A stretch of 64,000 nucleotides of DNA from an uncultured Methanolobus sp. GTDB taxonomy: Archaea > Halobacteriota > Methanosarcinia > Methanosarcinales > Methanosarcinaceae. The notes below the pieces were generated by a model, which saw nothing but the letters and a program-made list of their open reading frames with translations, was not told the origin of the DNA and ran no database searches. The translations under genes and the position numbers were made by a program. The stretch spans positions 2,272,001 to 2,336,000 of the forward strand of contig OY776215.1 in NCBI GenBank assembly GCA_963675495.1. Direction: 5' to 3'. The first letter of the stretch is position 1. Each line of letters starts with the position of its first letter. Positions 47,489-58,626 of the stretch are shown here, one piece after another.

Positions 47489-50400
47489 ATGAAAAATTTA
47501 ATGCTATTGGATAAGTTGCTTCTTATATGTGGGCTTGTGCTGATCTTAGCTGCAATTCCCGCGAACGCAGCAGAGCTTGATGTGGATGTTGGGTTTAATT
47601 CCACCGGGGTTAATGTTGGGTCGCAAATATCCGTAGCGCCTCTTAATCCTGCATTCGTACAATATCAGGAAGAGATGGAACAGAGTCAAAACGATGTTTC
47701 CGCTGGTGTTGATACAAACACCGATAATAACACATATTCTCCTTCAAGTGTCATATTGCCGAATAGTTCCGAGGAGAACTCACATCTGAACCTTTTGAGC
47801 AACATTTCTTTTTTGCAGGAAGATGGTTTGGCTGATGAGTTCACACATCCCATGGGGTTGATGCCATCACCTGTGGACCTTTCTCATTTATCTCCTGTGA
47901 ATATGGAAGAACTGTTGGCAAGTGAAGGATCTGGTTTTAGTCCTTCCGGTGTCATGCCAACAGGTTTTATGGGATATCCGTCCCGTTATGATCTGCGTGA
48001 TGTTAATGGTGTTACAGCAGTAAAGGATCAGGGTTCTTCCGGGAGTTGCTGGGCTCACTCATCAATTGCTTCTCTAGAGTCCTATCTTCTCCACAACAGA
48101 TCTGAAACCTGGAATTTTTCCGAGAACAATGTTAAGAATGTTCTTGTATCAACTGATCCAGATGGGTATGATCGTCCCCACGATGGTGGGGGATTTGATT
48201 TGTTCCCAGCTGCGTATCTCACCAGATGGAGTGGTCCTGTGCTGGAATCCGATGATTCATATGATGCTACATCCGGTGTGTCTCCAGACAACCTTCCAGT
48301 GGCAAAACATGTTCAGGAAATCATGATCCTGCCAGGATTTGAAGGCAATGATACTCTTCACAAATGGATGCTTACCAATTATGGCGCTGTGTCCGTAGCT
48401 TTATGGTATGGTAATTCATATTTCGATTCAAATAATAGCAGCTATTATTACAATGGTACTGTTCGCTATGCGAATCATGCTGTAGCTCTGGTAGGCTGGG
48501 ATGACAATTACTCTGCTTCCAATTTTACACCTAAAGCACCGGGAAATGGAGCTTATATCATTAAGAATTCATGGAGTGACAGCTGGGGCGAGGATGGATA
48601 TTTCTATGTTTCTTATTATGACACTGTGATGGGAAACGATGAAGGTATAAATGGTCTGAATACTAAGCCATATGGTGGTAACTTCATGTTCACTGCAGAG
48701 AATGTCAGTGATTACGATAGCATATATCAGTATGACGGACTTGGATGGACCGCCTGTACGGGTTATAACAATACCACCTCCTACGGAGCTAATATCTTCA
48801 CTGCAAGTTTTAATGAGACTCTAAAAGCTGTGAGCTTCTACACAGTGGATTCGAATGCTCTCTACAACATTTCTGTTTATCTGGAACCTGAATCTGGTCC
48901 AATCAATAGTTCGGGTCCGGTTTCTATGCAGAATGGATCAATTGCAATAGCAGGATACCATACCATAGACCTTGATACAAATGTTTCATTTAATGCCGGA
49001 CAGAAGTTCTCGGTAGTTGTAAAATTCACAACACCGAATTATACTTATCCAATAGCTATTGAAATGCCTATAGATTATTACAGTAGTAATGCTCATGCAG
49101 AAGCAGGGCAGAGTTATATGAGTCTCAATGGTAGCCAGTGGGACGATATTTCTGAATCTGATAATAATGTGTGCATCAAGGCTTTCACAAAAGAGGAAAA
49201 AGAACCTGAAGCAGCATTTGTAGCAAGCACAAGGTACATTCATGTTAATGAAACAGTGAATTTCCATGATGCCAGTCTCTTTTCTCCAACTATGTGGGAA
49301 TGGGACTTTGGAGACAACAATAGCTCCACGTTGCAGAATCCATTGCACACTTATACAAACCTCGGAGTCTATAATGTTTCTCTCAATGCAACGAACTCTG
49401 TTGGCAGTAATGTTTCAGTAAGAAGTTCTTTAATTCATGTACTCAATTCGACCATTATTGTGAACAGCAGTGGAACTGCTGATTTTATGACAATTAAAGA
49501 TGCTCTGAGTGCTGCATCTGATGGTGATACGATATTGGTTGAGCCAGGAGTTTATAATGAAAGCCTGCAGGTCAAGAATGATAATATTAGTCTTGTTTCA
49601 TCTACTGGCAACCCTGCAGATGTCAGTATTATTTCTCTGGAATCCTATAATGCTGCTATTACCATAATGGCAGATAACATCTCTATTTCGGGAATTAATG
49701 TTTCAGGTAGTAATATAGGCATAGAAGTTTTTTACTCAAGTGGATGTAACATAATTAACTGCTATGCTGCGGATAATTTAGTTGGTATCTATCTCTATTA
49801 TTCACAAGGTACCAATATATCGAATTGTACCATGAGCGATAATGTATATGGATTATATGTGCTGGAATCCAGCAATAACTATCTTGCAGACAATTCCATT
49901 GAGAACAATACCTTTAATTGTCGTTTTGGCACAGAATCAAATGTCGTGGGCACAAGCAATACTGTGGATGGCAAGCCTGTCTACTATCTTGTAAACAGTT
50001 CTGACATGACCCTTAATTCCAGTTCAAATGCCGGACTTGTACATCTCATTAATTGTTCAAACATAACTTTACAGGATCTGGATGTTGAAAGTAATTACTA
50101 CGGACTTTATCTTTACAACAGCAGCAACATCACTATCACGAATTGCACATCCACTGAGAACAGATATGGTGCTTACCTTTCATCTTCCGACAACAATACT
50201 ATTTACGGTTGCAATATCAGTGATATTGCCAGTTATGGTATCTCACTCACAGGATCCAGTGACAACCTGATCTATAATAACTATTTCAACAATAGTCACA
50301 ATGTCCGTGTTTCCGGTGGAGCATCCAATGAATGGAACACCACAATGATAGCTGCTAACACTAGCAACAATATCATCAATGGAACTTACCTTGGCGGCAA

Positions 50401-51274
50401 CTTCTGGGCAAAGCCAGACAGTACGGGTTGGAGCCAGACACATTACTCAGTTGGAAATGGTTTCTGTCAGCAGTATGAGATAACAGATGACGGTAACAAC
50501 ACTGACTATCTTCCACTGACCAATAATGGACAGCAACCAGAACTTGTTGAGAGTACTGCTCGCAGTGATGATGATGGGATACATGTTCGCATTGGTGCAA
50601 GTTCTGTCTCAACTTCAAAAGTAGCTGCAGTGGATTCAAGTATTCGATTCGTAGGTCGGGGTGCTGAGGTACAGTATATTTTCACAGATGAGAAAACCCC
50701 TGTAACCGACATAAGATTTGAATCAGAAACCAACGAAGGGTATGTTATGGCGACTGTCAATTTGTTGGATGAGCCTTCAGAGGAAATGCCTGTGTCTCCT
50801 ATGGTAAAACAATACCAAAGTATGGACATAGTTGTGGGAGATGAGAGATTATCATCTTCAGGCTGCATGGAAGGTGCAGTAATAGGATTTACTGTCTCAA
50901 AAGAATGGATCTTATCTAACAATATAGACAAGACAAGTATTCGTATGGAACACTATTCTGGCAGTGCTTGGGACAAATTACCCACTACTGCAATTAGTGA
51001 GGACGATGAGAATCTCTATTTAGAAGCTATAACAACCAGCTTCTCACCTTTTGTTATATGTGCAGATACAATTGATACAAATGTAAATGTTGGAAGCCCG
51101 GATACAGAAATCCCTTCGAGGGATGATTATGAAGTATTCTCAGTAACAGACGAAAATGTTCAGGATACTGATAAGAATGGGCAAGGGAAAAAAGCATTGA
51201 TTTTACCTTCCTTTGGTCTTGTCGTATTCCTTGGTTTGGTTTATTGGAAGAAGGGGTCAAAAGGAAAACTTTGA
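47489..51274 (+). CDS. Cell-surface C1A (papain-like) cysteine protease with lectin-like, PKD, NosD beta-helix and PGF-pre-PGF domains
   Basis: Signal peptide; QGSSGSCWAH, NHAVALVGWDD, IIKNSW; WEWDFGD; PbH1 repeats; TTSFSPF; C-terminal TM. Start ATG 47489 after GAGG. Confidence 0.9.
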   Translation: MKNLMLLDKLLLICGLVLILAAIPANAAELDVDVGFNSTGVNVGSQISVAPLNPAFVQYQEEMEQSQNDVSAGVDTNTDNNTYSPSSVILPNSSEENSHLNLLSNISFLQEDGLADEFTHPMGLMPSPVDLSHLSPVNMEELLASEGSGFSPSGVMPTGFMGYPSRYDLRDVNGVTAVKDQGSSGSCWAHSSIASLESYLLHNRSETWNFSENNVKNVLVSTDPDGYDRPHDGGGFDLFPAAYLTRWSGPVLESDDSYDATSGVSPDNLPVAKHVQEIMILPGFEGNDTLHKWMLTNYGAVSVALWYGNSYFDSNNSSYYYNGTVRYANHAVALVGWDDNYSASNFTPKAPGNGAYIIKNSWSDSWGEDGYFYVSYYDTVMGNDEGINGLNTKPYGGNFMFTAENVSDYDSIYQYDGLGWTACTGYNNTTSYGANIFTASFNETLKAVSFYTVDSNALYNISVYLEPESGPINSSGPVSMQNGSIAIAGYHTIDLDTNVSFNAGQKFSVVVKFTTPNYTYPIAIEMPIDYYSSNAHAEAGQSYMSLNGSQWDDISESDNNVCIKAFTKEEKEPEAAFVASTRYIHVNETVNFHDASLFSPTMWEWDFGDNNSSTLQNPLHTYTNLGVYNVSLNATNSVGSNVSVRSSLIHVLNSTIIVNSSGTADFMTIKDALSAASDGDTILVEPGVYNESLQVKNDNISLVSSTGNPADVSIISLESYNAAITIMADNISISGINVSGSNIGIEVFYSSGCNIINCYAADNLVGIYLYYSQGTNISNCTMSDNVYGLYVLESSNNYLADNSIENNTFNCRFGTESNVVGTSNTVDGKPVYYLVNSSDMTLNSSSNAGLVHLINCSNITLQDLDVESNYYGLYLYNSSNITITNCTSTENRYGAYLSSSDNNTIYGCNISDIASYGISLTGSSDNLIYNNYFNNSHNVRVSGGASNEWNTTMIAANTSNNIINGTYLGGNFWAKPDSTGWSQTHYSVGNGFCQQYEITDDGNNTDYLPLTNNGQQPELVESTARSDDDGIHVRIGASSVSTSKVAAVDSSIRFVGRGAEVQYIFTDEKTPVTDIRFESETNEGYVMATVNLLDEPSEEMPVSPMVKQYQSMDIVVGDERLSSSGCMEGAVIGFTVSKEWILSNNIDKTSIRMEHYSGSAWDKLPTTAISEDDENLYLEAITTSFSPFVICADTIDTNVNVGSPDTEIPSRDDYEVFSVTDENVQDTDKNGQGKKALILPSFGLVVFLGLVYWKKGSKGKL

Positions 51275-51605
51275 TTTCCCTTTTTTTTAGAGGTTTTGTG
51301 CAGCTATTATTTGAAAGGTCGATTGGCTCGTAGAAAACCTCTGAAAATCAACATATTCTAAATGAAATTGACACATTTTTTCCAATATCAGGTCATATAT
51401 TTGGAATGATTGTATGCCAGGATTCTCGTTAAAAGATTGAGGTTTTGTCCTTTTTAAATTATGATGTTAGAATAACATAGAAGATTGGCTTTCTATAGGG
51501 TCAATTTCATATCAGTAGTAAAACAAGTTGCATCAATCATCACAAACGTCGCGATCTATTGGAAACACAACTATGAAGGTGCTGCCTAAATAAAAAAAGT
51601 ATTAA

Positions 51606-51625
51606 AAGGACAGATAACTGTCCTT
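51606..51625 (-). terminator. Hairpin immediately after the stop of the NosD gene
   Basis: AAGGACAG-ataa-CTGTCCTT. Confidence 0.55.
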
Positions 51626-54600
51626 AATCTGATTTCAGTTTTCTGATCACAAGGAAGGCAATAGATACAATTACAATTCCTGCAAGACCGGCAAATCCGG
51701 GAGTATCCTTTGTTTCTGTGTTTTCTGGTTCAGTATCTTTATCTGCAGGTATAGAATATCCTGTTTCTTTCTCTGCGACCACTTCACCTTTTTTATAGCC
51801 CACTACGTTGAAAATTGAGAATCCGGGTGTTTCAGCTGTGAAGTAGATGAACTCATCGTCTTCTTTTGCCTGGATTGTCGGGAGGTTCTGCCACTGCTGA
51901 TCATGGAATCTTGTCATGTGTATGGTGGATACATCAATATCATTCTCTTCTATCCATTCCCTGCTTACCTTGAAATTGATAAGAACATTGTCGGCATTAT
52001 CTGTTGAGATAGTACCTTCGGTTCCGATATCGATGCTCATTAACTGATAGGAAGTTCCTGAGGGAGATGGTATCTCTTCAGGTGAATCCGATAGTACCTG
52101 AACTTTGGCAACAACAAGACCTTCATCATTCTTCGCATCAAAACTTACACCAAGAACAGGAGTATCGCTGTCAGAGAAGTCATAGTTTACTTCTGTTCCC
52201 TTAGTAACACGCAATGTAGATGCTGCGGTCGTCTTAACTATAGCAGGATCCTGACCCTGGCTGACTGATGCACGACTTCCTGAGCTACCGGAACTTGAAC
52301 TGGAACTTGAAGACGATTCTGAGGTTTTGAAAAGTCCAAATGTACCGAATTCAGAAAGGGTTGCAGACAAATAATTTCCACTTGTGTTGAGTGAAGTATT
52401 TGGAACTTCTGCCCATGTAGAACCGTCCAACCTGTACAGAGCCACAGAAGATTCACCTGAACTGCTCATTCCGGAATCATCGTAGAAGAAAGTAACATTC
52501 AGATCACCTGACCGGTCAATACTTGCATAGCCATTTACATTTGTTTTTCCGGAAAGGGCATTAGCATTTGTTTCAGATCCACTTATACTGGTCGATGATG
52601 AATCTGCGAAGAAAGAGAGTTGTGCCAAATTATTGGTTAGTACAAATCGGTCTACTGTGCAACTAGCAGAGTAGCGCACATAAAGATCTTTTTCATTGTT
52701 ATTATTGGCAGTGTTGTTCGTCAGATTAGTGTAGTCTGAAGACTTAATGTAAACACCGTAATCATTGTTATTGTTGGCATTATTGCCTGTCAAATCATTA
52801 TAATCTGAAGCCCAAAGATGAATGCCATCATCATCGTTATTATTGACATCATTACCTGTCAGTTCATTGCTGTGTGAGAAAGAAAGGCCAATACCATTAT
52901 TATTGTTAGTATCGCAGGTATTGTTAATCAGATCATTATACTCTGAATATTGAAGGTCAATGCCATTATTATTGTTATTGTTTGCATCATTGCTTGTCAG
53001 ATTATTATAGTCTGAATGCTTAATGTAAATACCGTAATTACATTCCGATGTTGTAACATTTTCTATTGTTGAATTAGTGGTGTATGCAAACGTAATTCCA
53101 TTGTATTCATTTGTCACTTCAATATCTTTTACAGTAACATTGATGGAATTGACCACATACACAACTCCTGCCGAGGAAGGTACTTCTTCATCTGCACGTT
53201 TTGTCCAGTAGTAAACAGGTTTATTATCAACCGTATTGCTATCATCAATATCATTAATGTAATCATCCAGATTTGAACTTGATACATAGAGATTATAGAC
53301 ATTTGATGACATTGTATTACTTGTAAGATTATTGTTGTTTGAAGAATAAAGCCATATACCTCTATTATTGTCACTGGCATTATTGCCTGCCAGATTGTTG
53401 TTGTCTGAATATCTAATGTTAATACCTTGATTATTATCATTGGCATTATTGTTTACTAGATTGTTATCACTCGAAGAAGAAAGATAAATTCCGTCTTCAT
53501 TGTTATTACTGGCATTATTGCTTACTAGATCATTGCTGCTTGCCGAAGCAAGGTAAATACCGTAATCATTGTCGCTGCTAATATTATTGCTTGCCAGTTC
53601 GTTGTTGTCTGAGTTAGAAAGGTAAATGCCATGTTCATTGTTACTGGCATTATTGTTTGTCAGATTGTTGTTGTCTGAGGAGGAAAGGCGAATACCACGT
53701 CCATTGTCACTGGCATTATTGCTTGTTAGGTTATTATTACTTGATGACGAAAGATAAATTCCGTAATTATTGTCACTGGCATTATTGTTTGTCAACTCAT
53801 TGACATTTGAGTTATAAAGGTAAATACCGCTAGCACATTCTGATGTTGTGGTATTTTCTATTGTTGAATTAGTTGTATATACAAAATTAATCCCACTGTA
53901 ACCATTTGTAACTATAGTGTCTTTTACAGTGATATTGGTAGAGTTCACCACATACACAAGCCCTGCATCAAAGGGCACTTCTTCATCTGCACGGTTTGTC
54001 CAGTAGTAAATAGGCTTACCATTGACCTTATTGCTATCATCAATGTCATGAAGTAGATCATTTAGATCTGAATCAAATACATTAACATTAAAATTATAGG
54101 TATTTGCTGACATCACATTCCCTGTCATGTTGTTACTATTTGAGGAAAAAAAGCGAATCCCGAAATCATTGTTACTGGCATTATTGTTTGTCAGATTGTT
54201 GTTGTCTGAGGAAGAAAAGAGAATCCCACAGTTATTGTCACTTGCATAATTGCTTGTTAGGTTACTGCTGCTTGAAGAAGTAAGGTAAATTCCATAAGAA
54301 GGGTTATCCACTGCAGTATTGCCTGTCAGTTCATTGTTGTTTGAACTAGAAAGAGCAATACCGTGAACATCATTACAACTGGCATTATTACCTATCAGTT
54401 CATTGCTATCTGCGTAATAAAATTGAATGCCATAATAATCGCCACTGGCGTTATTACCTGTTAGTTTGTTGTCACTTGAGCGTGAAACAGAAATCCCATA
54501 ATTATGGTTGTCTATTGCATTGTTTCCTGTCAAATTGTTGTTGCTTGATGAATCAAGGACAATACCTGATTTATCATTACTGTTCACATTATTGCCTGTC

Positions 54601-55073
54601 AGACTATTGTTGTTTGCCGAATCAAGAACAATGCCATAATAATTTCCAGTCACTATATTATTTGAAATAGTACAGTTAGAATTTGAGTTCAAATAAATAC
54701 CAACCAGAGAAGAGGCAGATGCACCTGTGATAGTAAATCCATTGATAGTGACATTGCTGGCTGTAATATTGACTGCATCGCTATCTGATGATGAATTTAC
54801 AATCGTGTCTGCTGCACCGCTCTGAGAACGTATGGTCACTTCATGGTCGACAACTATGTTCTCATTGTAAGTACCGTCACTTACAGTAATGATGTCACCA
54901 TCAGTTGCATTTGCAAGTGCAGAACTGATGCTCGAATAGTCTTCACCAGCAGAGCCTACTGTAATCTCTGCAGCTGAAACAGTTGCTACGCATGAAAATG
55001 ATAATAAAAAGATAATTGCTATTATCCGATATTTTAAACTGGGGAACTTGATCTTTTTCATAGTGAACACCAT
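51624..55073 (-). CDS. Cell-surface NosD/beta-helix repeat protein with PGF-pre-PGF and PGF-CTERM
   Basis: Signal peptide, many 22-23 aa GIYLxxSxxNxLxxNxAxxN repeats, AETPGFSIF, TPGF-TM-RK. Confidence 0.92.
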   Translation of the reverse strand: MVFTMKKIKFPSLKYRIIAIIFLLSFSCVATVSAAEITVGSAGEDYSSISSALANATDGDIITVSDGTYNENIVVDHEVTIRSQSGAADTIVNSSSDSDAVNITASNVTINGFTITGASASSLVGIYLNSNSNCTISNNIVTGNYYGIVLDSANNNSLTGNNVNSNDKSGIVLDSSSNNNLTGNNAIDNHNYGISVSRSSDNKLTGNNASGDYYGIQFYYADSNELIGNNASCNDVHGIALSSSNNNELTGNTAVDNPSYGIYLTSSSSSNLTSNYASDNNCGILFSSSDNNNLTNNNASNNDFGIRFFSSNSNNMTGNVMSANTYNFNVNVFDSDLNDLLHDIDDSNKVNGKPIYYWTNRADEEVPFDAGLVYVVNSTNITVKDTIVTNGYSGINFVYTTNSTIENTTTSECASGIYLYNSNVNELTNNNASDNNYGIYLSSSSNNNLTSNNASDNGRGIRLSSSDNNNLTNNNASNNEHGIYLSNSDNNELASNNISSDNDYGIYLASASSNDLVSNNASNNNEDGIYLSSSSDNNLVNNNANDNNQGINIRYSDNNNLAGNNASDNNRGIWLYSSNNNNLTSNTMSSNVYNLYVSSSNLDDYINDIDDSNTVDNKPVYYWTKRADEEVPSSAGVVYVVNSINVTVKDIEVTNEYNGITFAYTTNSTIENVTTSECNYGIYIKHSDYNNLTSNDANNNNNNGIDLQYSEYNDLINNTCDTNNNNGIGLSFSHSNELTGNDVNNNDDDGIHLWASDYNDLTGNNANNNNDYGVYIKSSDYTNLTNNTANNNNEKDLYVRYSASCTVDRFVLTNNLAQLSFFADSSSTSISGSETNANALSGKTNVNGYASIDRSGDLNVTFFYDDSGMSSSGESSVALYRLDGSTWAEVPNTSLNTSGNYLSATLSEFGTFGLFKTSESSSSSSSSSGSSGSRASVSQGQDPAIVKTTAASTLRVTKGTEVNYDFSDSDTPVLGVSFDAKNDEGLVVAKVQVLSDSPEEIPSPSGTSYQLMSIDIGTEGTISTDNADNVLINFKVSREWIEENDIDVSTIHMTRFHDQQWQNLPTIQAKEDDEFIYFTAETPGFSIFNVVGYKKGEVVAEKETGYSIPADKDTEPENTETKDTPGFAGLAGIVIVSIAFLVIRKLKSD
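53635..54212. repeat. 47-bp exact intragenic direct repeat (53635-53681 / 54166-54212)
   Basis: tcattgttactggcattattgtttgtcagattgttgttgtctgagga occurs twice, 531 nt apart. Confidence 0.85.
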
Positions 55074-55417
55074 AAATAAAAAAAACTAATATATTTTGAC
55101 TGAAATGCATATCGGTGTGAATATTATATATGCATTATCCTGTTATGTTGTGTTTTTCTTTTATTGTGGGTGCTATTTTCAAGAATTGCTAATTTTGTTT
55201 CCTGTTATTCTTGTTAATCTCCTCAGGAGGTACAATGTGTTTCTTTCTCTCTCATATTCTTCACTTTCTCTGTTCCTTTGTATCGCTACCCCGCTCCTTA
55301 TATAACTACAAATCCGTTCGAAGTTTAGACAATTCTTTAATATGTGCATGTCATACTCTATATTATGCGATAACCGGTCAAATCACCGGCAAAACATCGA
55401 ACAAGGAGAATGTGAAA

Positions 55418-56158
55418 ATGTCACAGGAAAATAAAATATCATATTTAGCTATTATTGCATTATCAGTAGTATTGGTGGTGATGTCGTTAACGATATACGC
55501 CATCTCACAGGATGGGTCTGAAACAGACTCAATGAACACAATATCCATGAGTGGTTCCGCTGAACAGAAGGTCGTTCCCGACACCGCAAGCATTAGCATC
55601 GGTGCCGTTATCCAGGCTGACACCTCAGAGCAGGCAACCAGCGAGAACGCAGCCATCATGAGTGTCGTCATAGAAGAACTCAAAGCCCTCGGTCTTGAGG
55701 ACAATGAGATACAGACATCCTATGTATCCGTGTATCCTATCTACAACTACGATAAGGAAAGAACCATCACAGGCTACTCAGCCTCCAACAGTGTAGAGGT
55801 CACAACCACAGACCTCGATGTCCTGAGTGATGTCATTGACAAGTCAGCAGCTGCCGGGGCCAATCAGATTGGAAGTATATCCTTTTCAGTATCTGATGAC
55901 CAGCAAAAAGAGCTTCGTGAAGACCTCATGGACGAAGCCGTAGCTGATGCATCCTCAAAGGCTGACTCTCTTGCAAGCAGTCTGGGAGTTAAGATAACCG
56001 GCGTGAAGACCTCATCCATATACGAAGGTGGAAGTCCCAGAATCTATTACGCAATGGCAGATGAAGCAATAGAGGAAGAAGCAGCATTTGAAACTCCGAT
56101 CCAGCCGGGAGAGTCCACAGTATCAATGTCAGTAGAGGTCACATACTACATTGCATAA
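55418..56158 (+). CDS. SIMPL (DUF541/YggE) domain protein
   Basis: N-terminal TM; ISMSGSAEQKVVPD, GYSASNSVEV, AGANQI, TPIQPGE. Start ATG 55418 after GGAG. Confidence 0.9.
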   Translation: MSQENKISYLAIIALSVVLVVMSLTIYAISQDGSETDSMNTISMSGSAEQKVVPDTASISIGAVIQADTSEQATSENAAIMSVVIEELKALGLEDNEIQTSYVSVYPIYNYDKERTITGYSASNSVEVTTTDLDVLSDVIDKSAAAGANQIGSISFSVSDDQQKELREDLMDEAVADASSKADSLASSLGVKITGVKTSSIYEGGSPRIYYAMADEAIEEEAAFETPIQPGESTVSMSVEVTYYIA

Positions 56159-56340
56159 ACTCACCGGACAGAACGAGAATTGAAACTTAATGCTTAAAAA
56201 CAATATCTAAAAAACGTCCACTCTAAAAACGACCTGAAGCTGCAGATGACATGTATTATGACGAGTATGTTGTCTGCAACTTCTCCGGTGTACACGACAA
56301 CCAAGCACAAACCAACTTCTTTATCCGTACACCAATCCTA

Positions 56341-56369
56341 ACCACCGGTAGATGCCGGTGGTCTTTTTT
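56341..56369 (+). terminator. Intrinsic terminator-like hairpin
   Basis: ACCACCGG-tagatg-CCGGTGGT followed by a T-tract. Confidence 0.7.
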
Positions 56370-56831
56370 CTTTATTCCTGTTTGTTTTTTCTCTGTAAGT
56401 TTCCATAAGCTGCAAATTTGTTGTAAGAAATGATTATAAAAATAATGATTACAATAATAATCATTACGTGATTTTACGGTTCTGTAGAGATCCTGCTAAT
56501 TGCAAATTTGAACACGGCAATTTCAAACAACTTCATTATTTCAAGAGTCTTGGTGGTATCGAAGTAATGTGCCGCCTGCGGCGTGTGGTCGCATTGTTCT
56601 TTGTTTGTCAATGATCATTGCAGACCTATCAGAAACACAGGGACACAGGAGACAATAAGTTAGATCAACCGCAAGTCGTGAATAACTAAGATCATCCCGG
56701 AGGGTCCCGGCGAAGCCGGCACGATCCGAAAAGATGAAAAAAGAATATGTTTCCTTCAGCTCTTTTTCTGCAAGTACAATTTCACGCAGATAAATTGTGT
56801 TTTTGAGTTTTTGTACCAGCTGTACTTAAAT

Positions 56832-57983
56832 TCAGGGATCTGGAACTATTTTCTCTTCAATCATCTTCCTAACAGCCCCCGCTCCGTCCAGCTCCAATGC
56901 CATCTCCTGCATCTCAGCAAGCCTATTCCTGTATCTCTCGTCGTCAATAAGCAATTTTATATTCTCAAGTATATCTTCAGGAGATGCGGAGTAGTCCAGT
57001 TTCTTTCCCAGTTCATCCTCTTCGATAACAATGGCATTGTTCTGCTGTTCGCTATGGTTCTTGTCGGGGATGGTGATCATGGGAACTGCGAAGCTCATGG
57101 CTTCCATCATGGTGCTGTGACCGCCAGGGGCTATAATAACATCAGAAGCCTTCAGGTATGGGAACTGGTTGTCTATGAACTTGAGGATCTGTACATTATC
57201 AGGGATTGTGCCAAAGTCTGAAGGATCAATACTTGGTCCGCAAAGAAGGGTGTAATTGATATTGCTATCTATGCCAGCGGCTTCAATGACCTTCCTGAAA
57301 ATAGGTTCCCTGTGGCCAAAACCTCCGATGGTGCAGAGCACATGGGGCCGATTCAACTCTTTGGCAATAGTTTCTTCAAAGCTCTTACCGACTAGTGGAC
57401 CACTAAAGGAAACCTTCTTCCACATCTGTTCCTTGAATTTCAGGTTCTTCCGACATACTGTATGCGGAAGTGGGTAATCTGGAATGATCACTCCATCTGC
57501 CAGCTTGAACATACCCGTGCAGAACTGTTTGACGATCTCAGCCAGAATCTTGTTTAAGACTCCTTTTGCTTTAAAGAAATTTTCCATGTCAGACTGGTTT
57601 ACTATTATATAGCAAGGTATGCTGTGTAATCTTGCGCTCAATATTCCCATGAAATAACTGTCTGATATAACAACATCTGGTCTTTCTTTTTTGAGAAGCC
57701 TTCTGAGTTCGACCAGACCCCACCTTGAAGGGCTGTACTCCCATTTCTTAAAAGTTGCAATAATAGACTTTTTTATATTCAGGGAACCTGCATTGCCTAC
57801 AAGTGTTATCTCAGGAGGAATCTCCTGTGTGATGAAACCGTTGCGTTCAATAAGCTTTCTGGAATACCCATAAGCACCAAAGTAAACCTCATTCCCGGTA
57901 GATGCCAATTCTCTTCCTATTGAAATACATCTGCTTGTGTGGCCAAGTCCCTCACCACAGACTATTATCATTACTCTCATCAT
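56832..57983 (-). CDS. GT-B glycosyltransferase (MJ1255/MurG-like family)
   Basis: CGEGLGHTSR, PDVVISD, GGHSTMMEA, HSEQQNNA. Confidence 0.88.
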   Translation of the reverse strand: MMRVMIIVCGEGLGHTSRCISIGRELASTGNEVYFGAYGYSRKLIERNGFITQEIPPEITLVGNAGSLNIKKSIIATFKKWEYSPSRWGLVELRRLLKKERPDVVISDSYFMGILSARLHSIPCYIIVNQSDMENFFKAKGVLNKILAEIVKQFCTGMFKLADGVIIPDYPLPHTVCRKNLKFKEQMWKKVSFSGPLVGKSFEETIAKELNRPHVLCTIGGFGHREPIFRKVIEAAGIDSNINYTLLCGPSIDPSDFGTIPDNVQILKFIDNQFPYLKASDVIIAPGGHSTMMEAMSFAVPMITIPDKNHSEQQNNAIVIEEDELGKKLDYSASPEDILENIKLLIDDERYRNRLAEMQEMALELDGAGAVRKMIEEKIVPDP

Positions 57984-58626
57984 AACACCAAAAAATAGCT
58001 ATATCAAAAAAATAGACTGGCATTCATATGTTTTTATCTTTTAAAAATACTTTTATCACAATTATTTATATGTTTTTCAAAAAAGCCATGTTGCAAAGCA
58101 TTATACTCAACTTTTAATGATGCACCCAATTCTGGATACCTATGGCTGTTTTGATATCCTGTATGGCAGGAAGGGCAATCCTGAAGCAGAGAACTGCTGC
58201 GCCAGGTGCATTATCATATTGTTGAAATGTGTATGTTTCTCCATTTTTTCGGTGCCATCTTTTTCATAATATTTTGTGGATTTGTACACGTGTTGGGGGT
58301 ACATCACATGAGCAACTGGTATGCACGTGCAGATCAGCTTACACCAGCCATCTCCAAGGAATTCTGCCGCTTTGTCGGACGAAATTATTTTTTGTTTTGC
58401 ATTGTCCAGTTTCTGAAACAATTTATCGCATCCGTGATGTTGGTTTATTTTACTTCCTTCTCGATATGTATATTTTTCAAGTCTGAAATAAATATTTAAC
58501 CACATATATATAGATATCTCTATTTTCTATATAATAAAGACCTAAATATTACTGGCATAAAGTTATCAATATGTCTATATTCTCGCACGTAGTTAGATTG
58601 TATGGAAGCATTTTCTTAGAGGTTGA

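Noticed and set aside
56170-56186. GAATTGAAAC, resembling the 3' end of a CRISPR repeat
   Set aside because: Only one copy was noticed; there is no regularly spaced array and no cas genes.
58140-58505. Overlapping ORFs of 85-121 aa between the glycosyltransferases
   Set aside because: Three mutually overlapping frames, none with a convincing motif or RBS.
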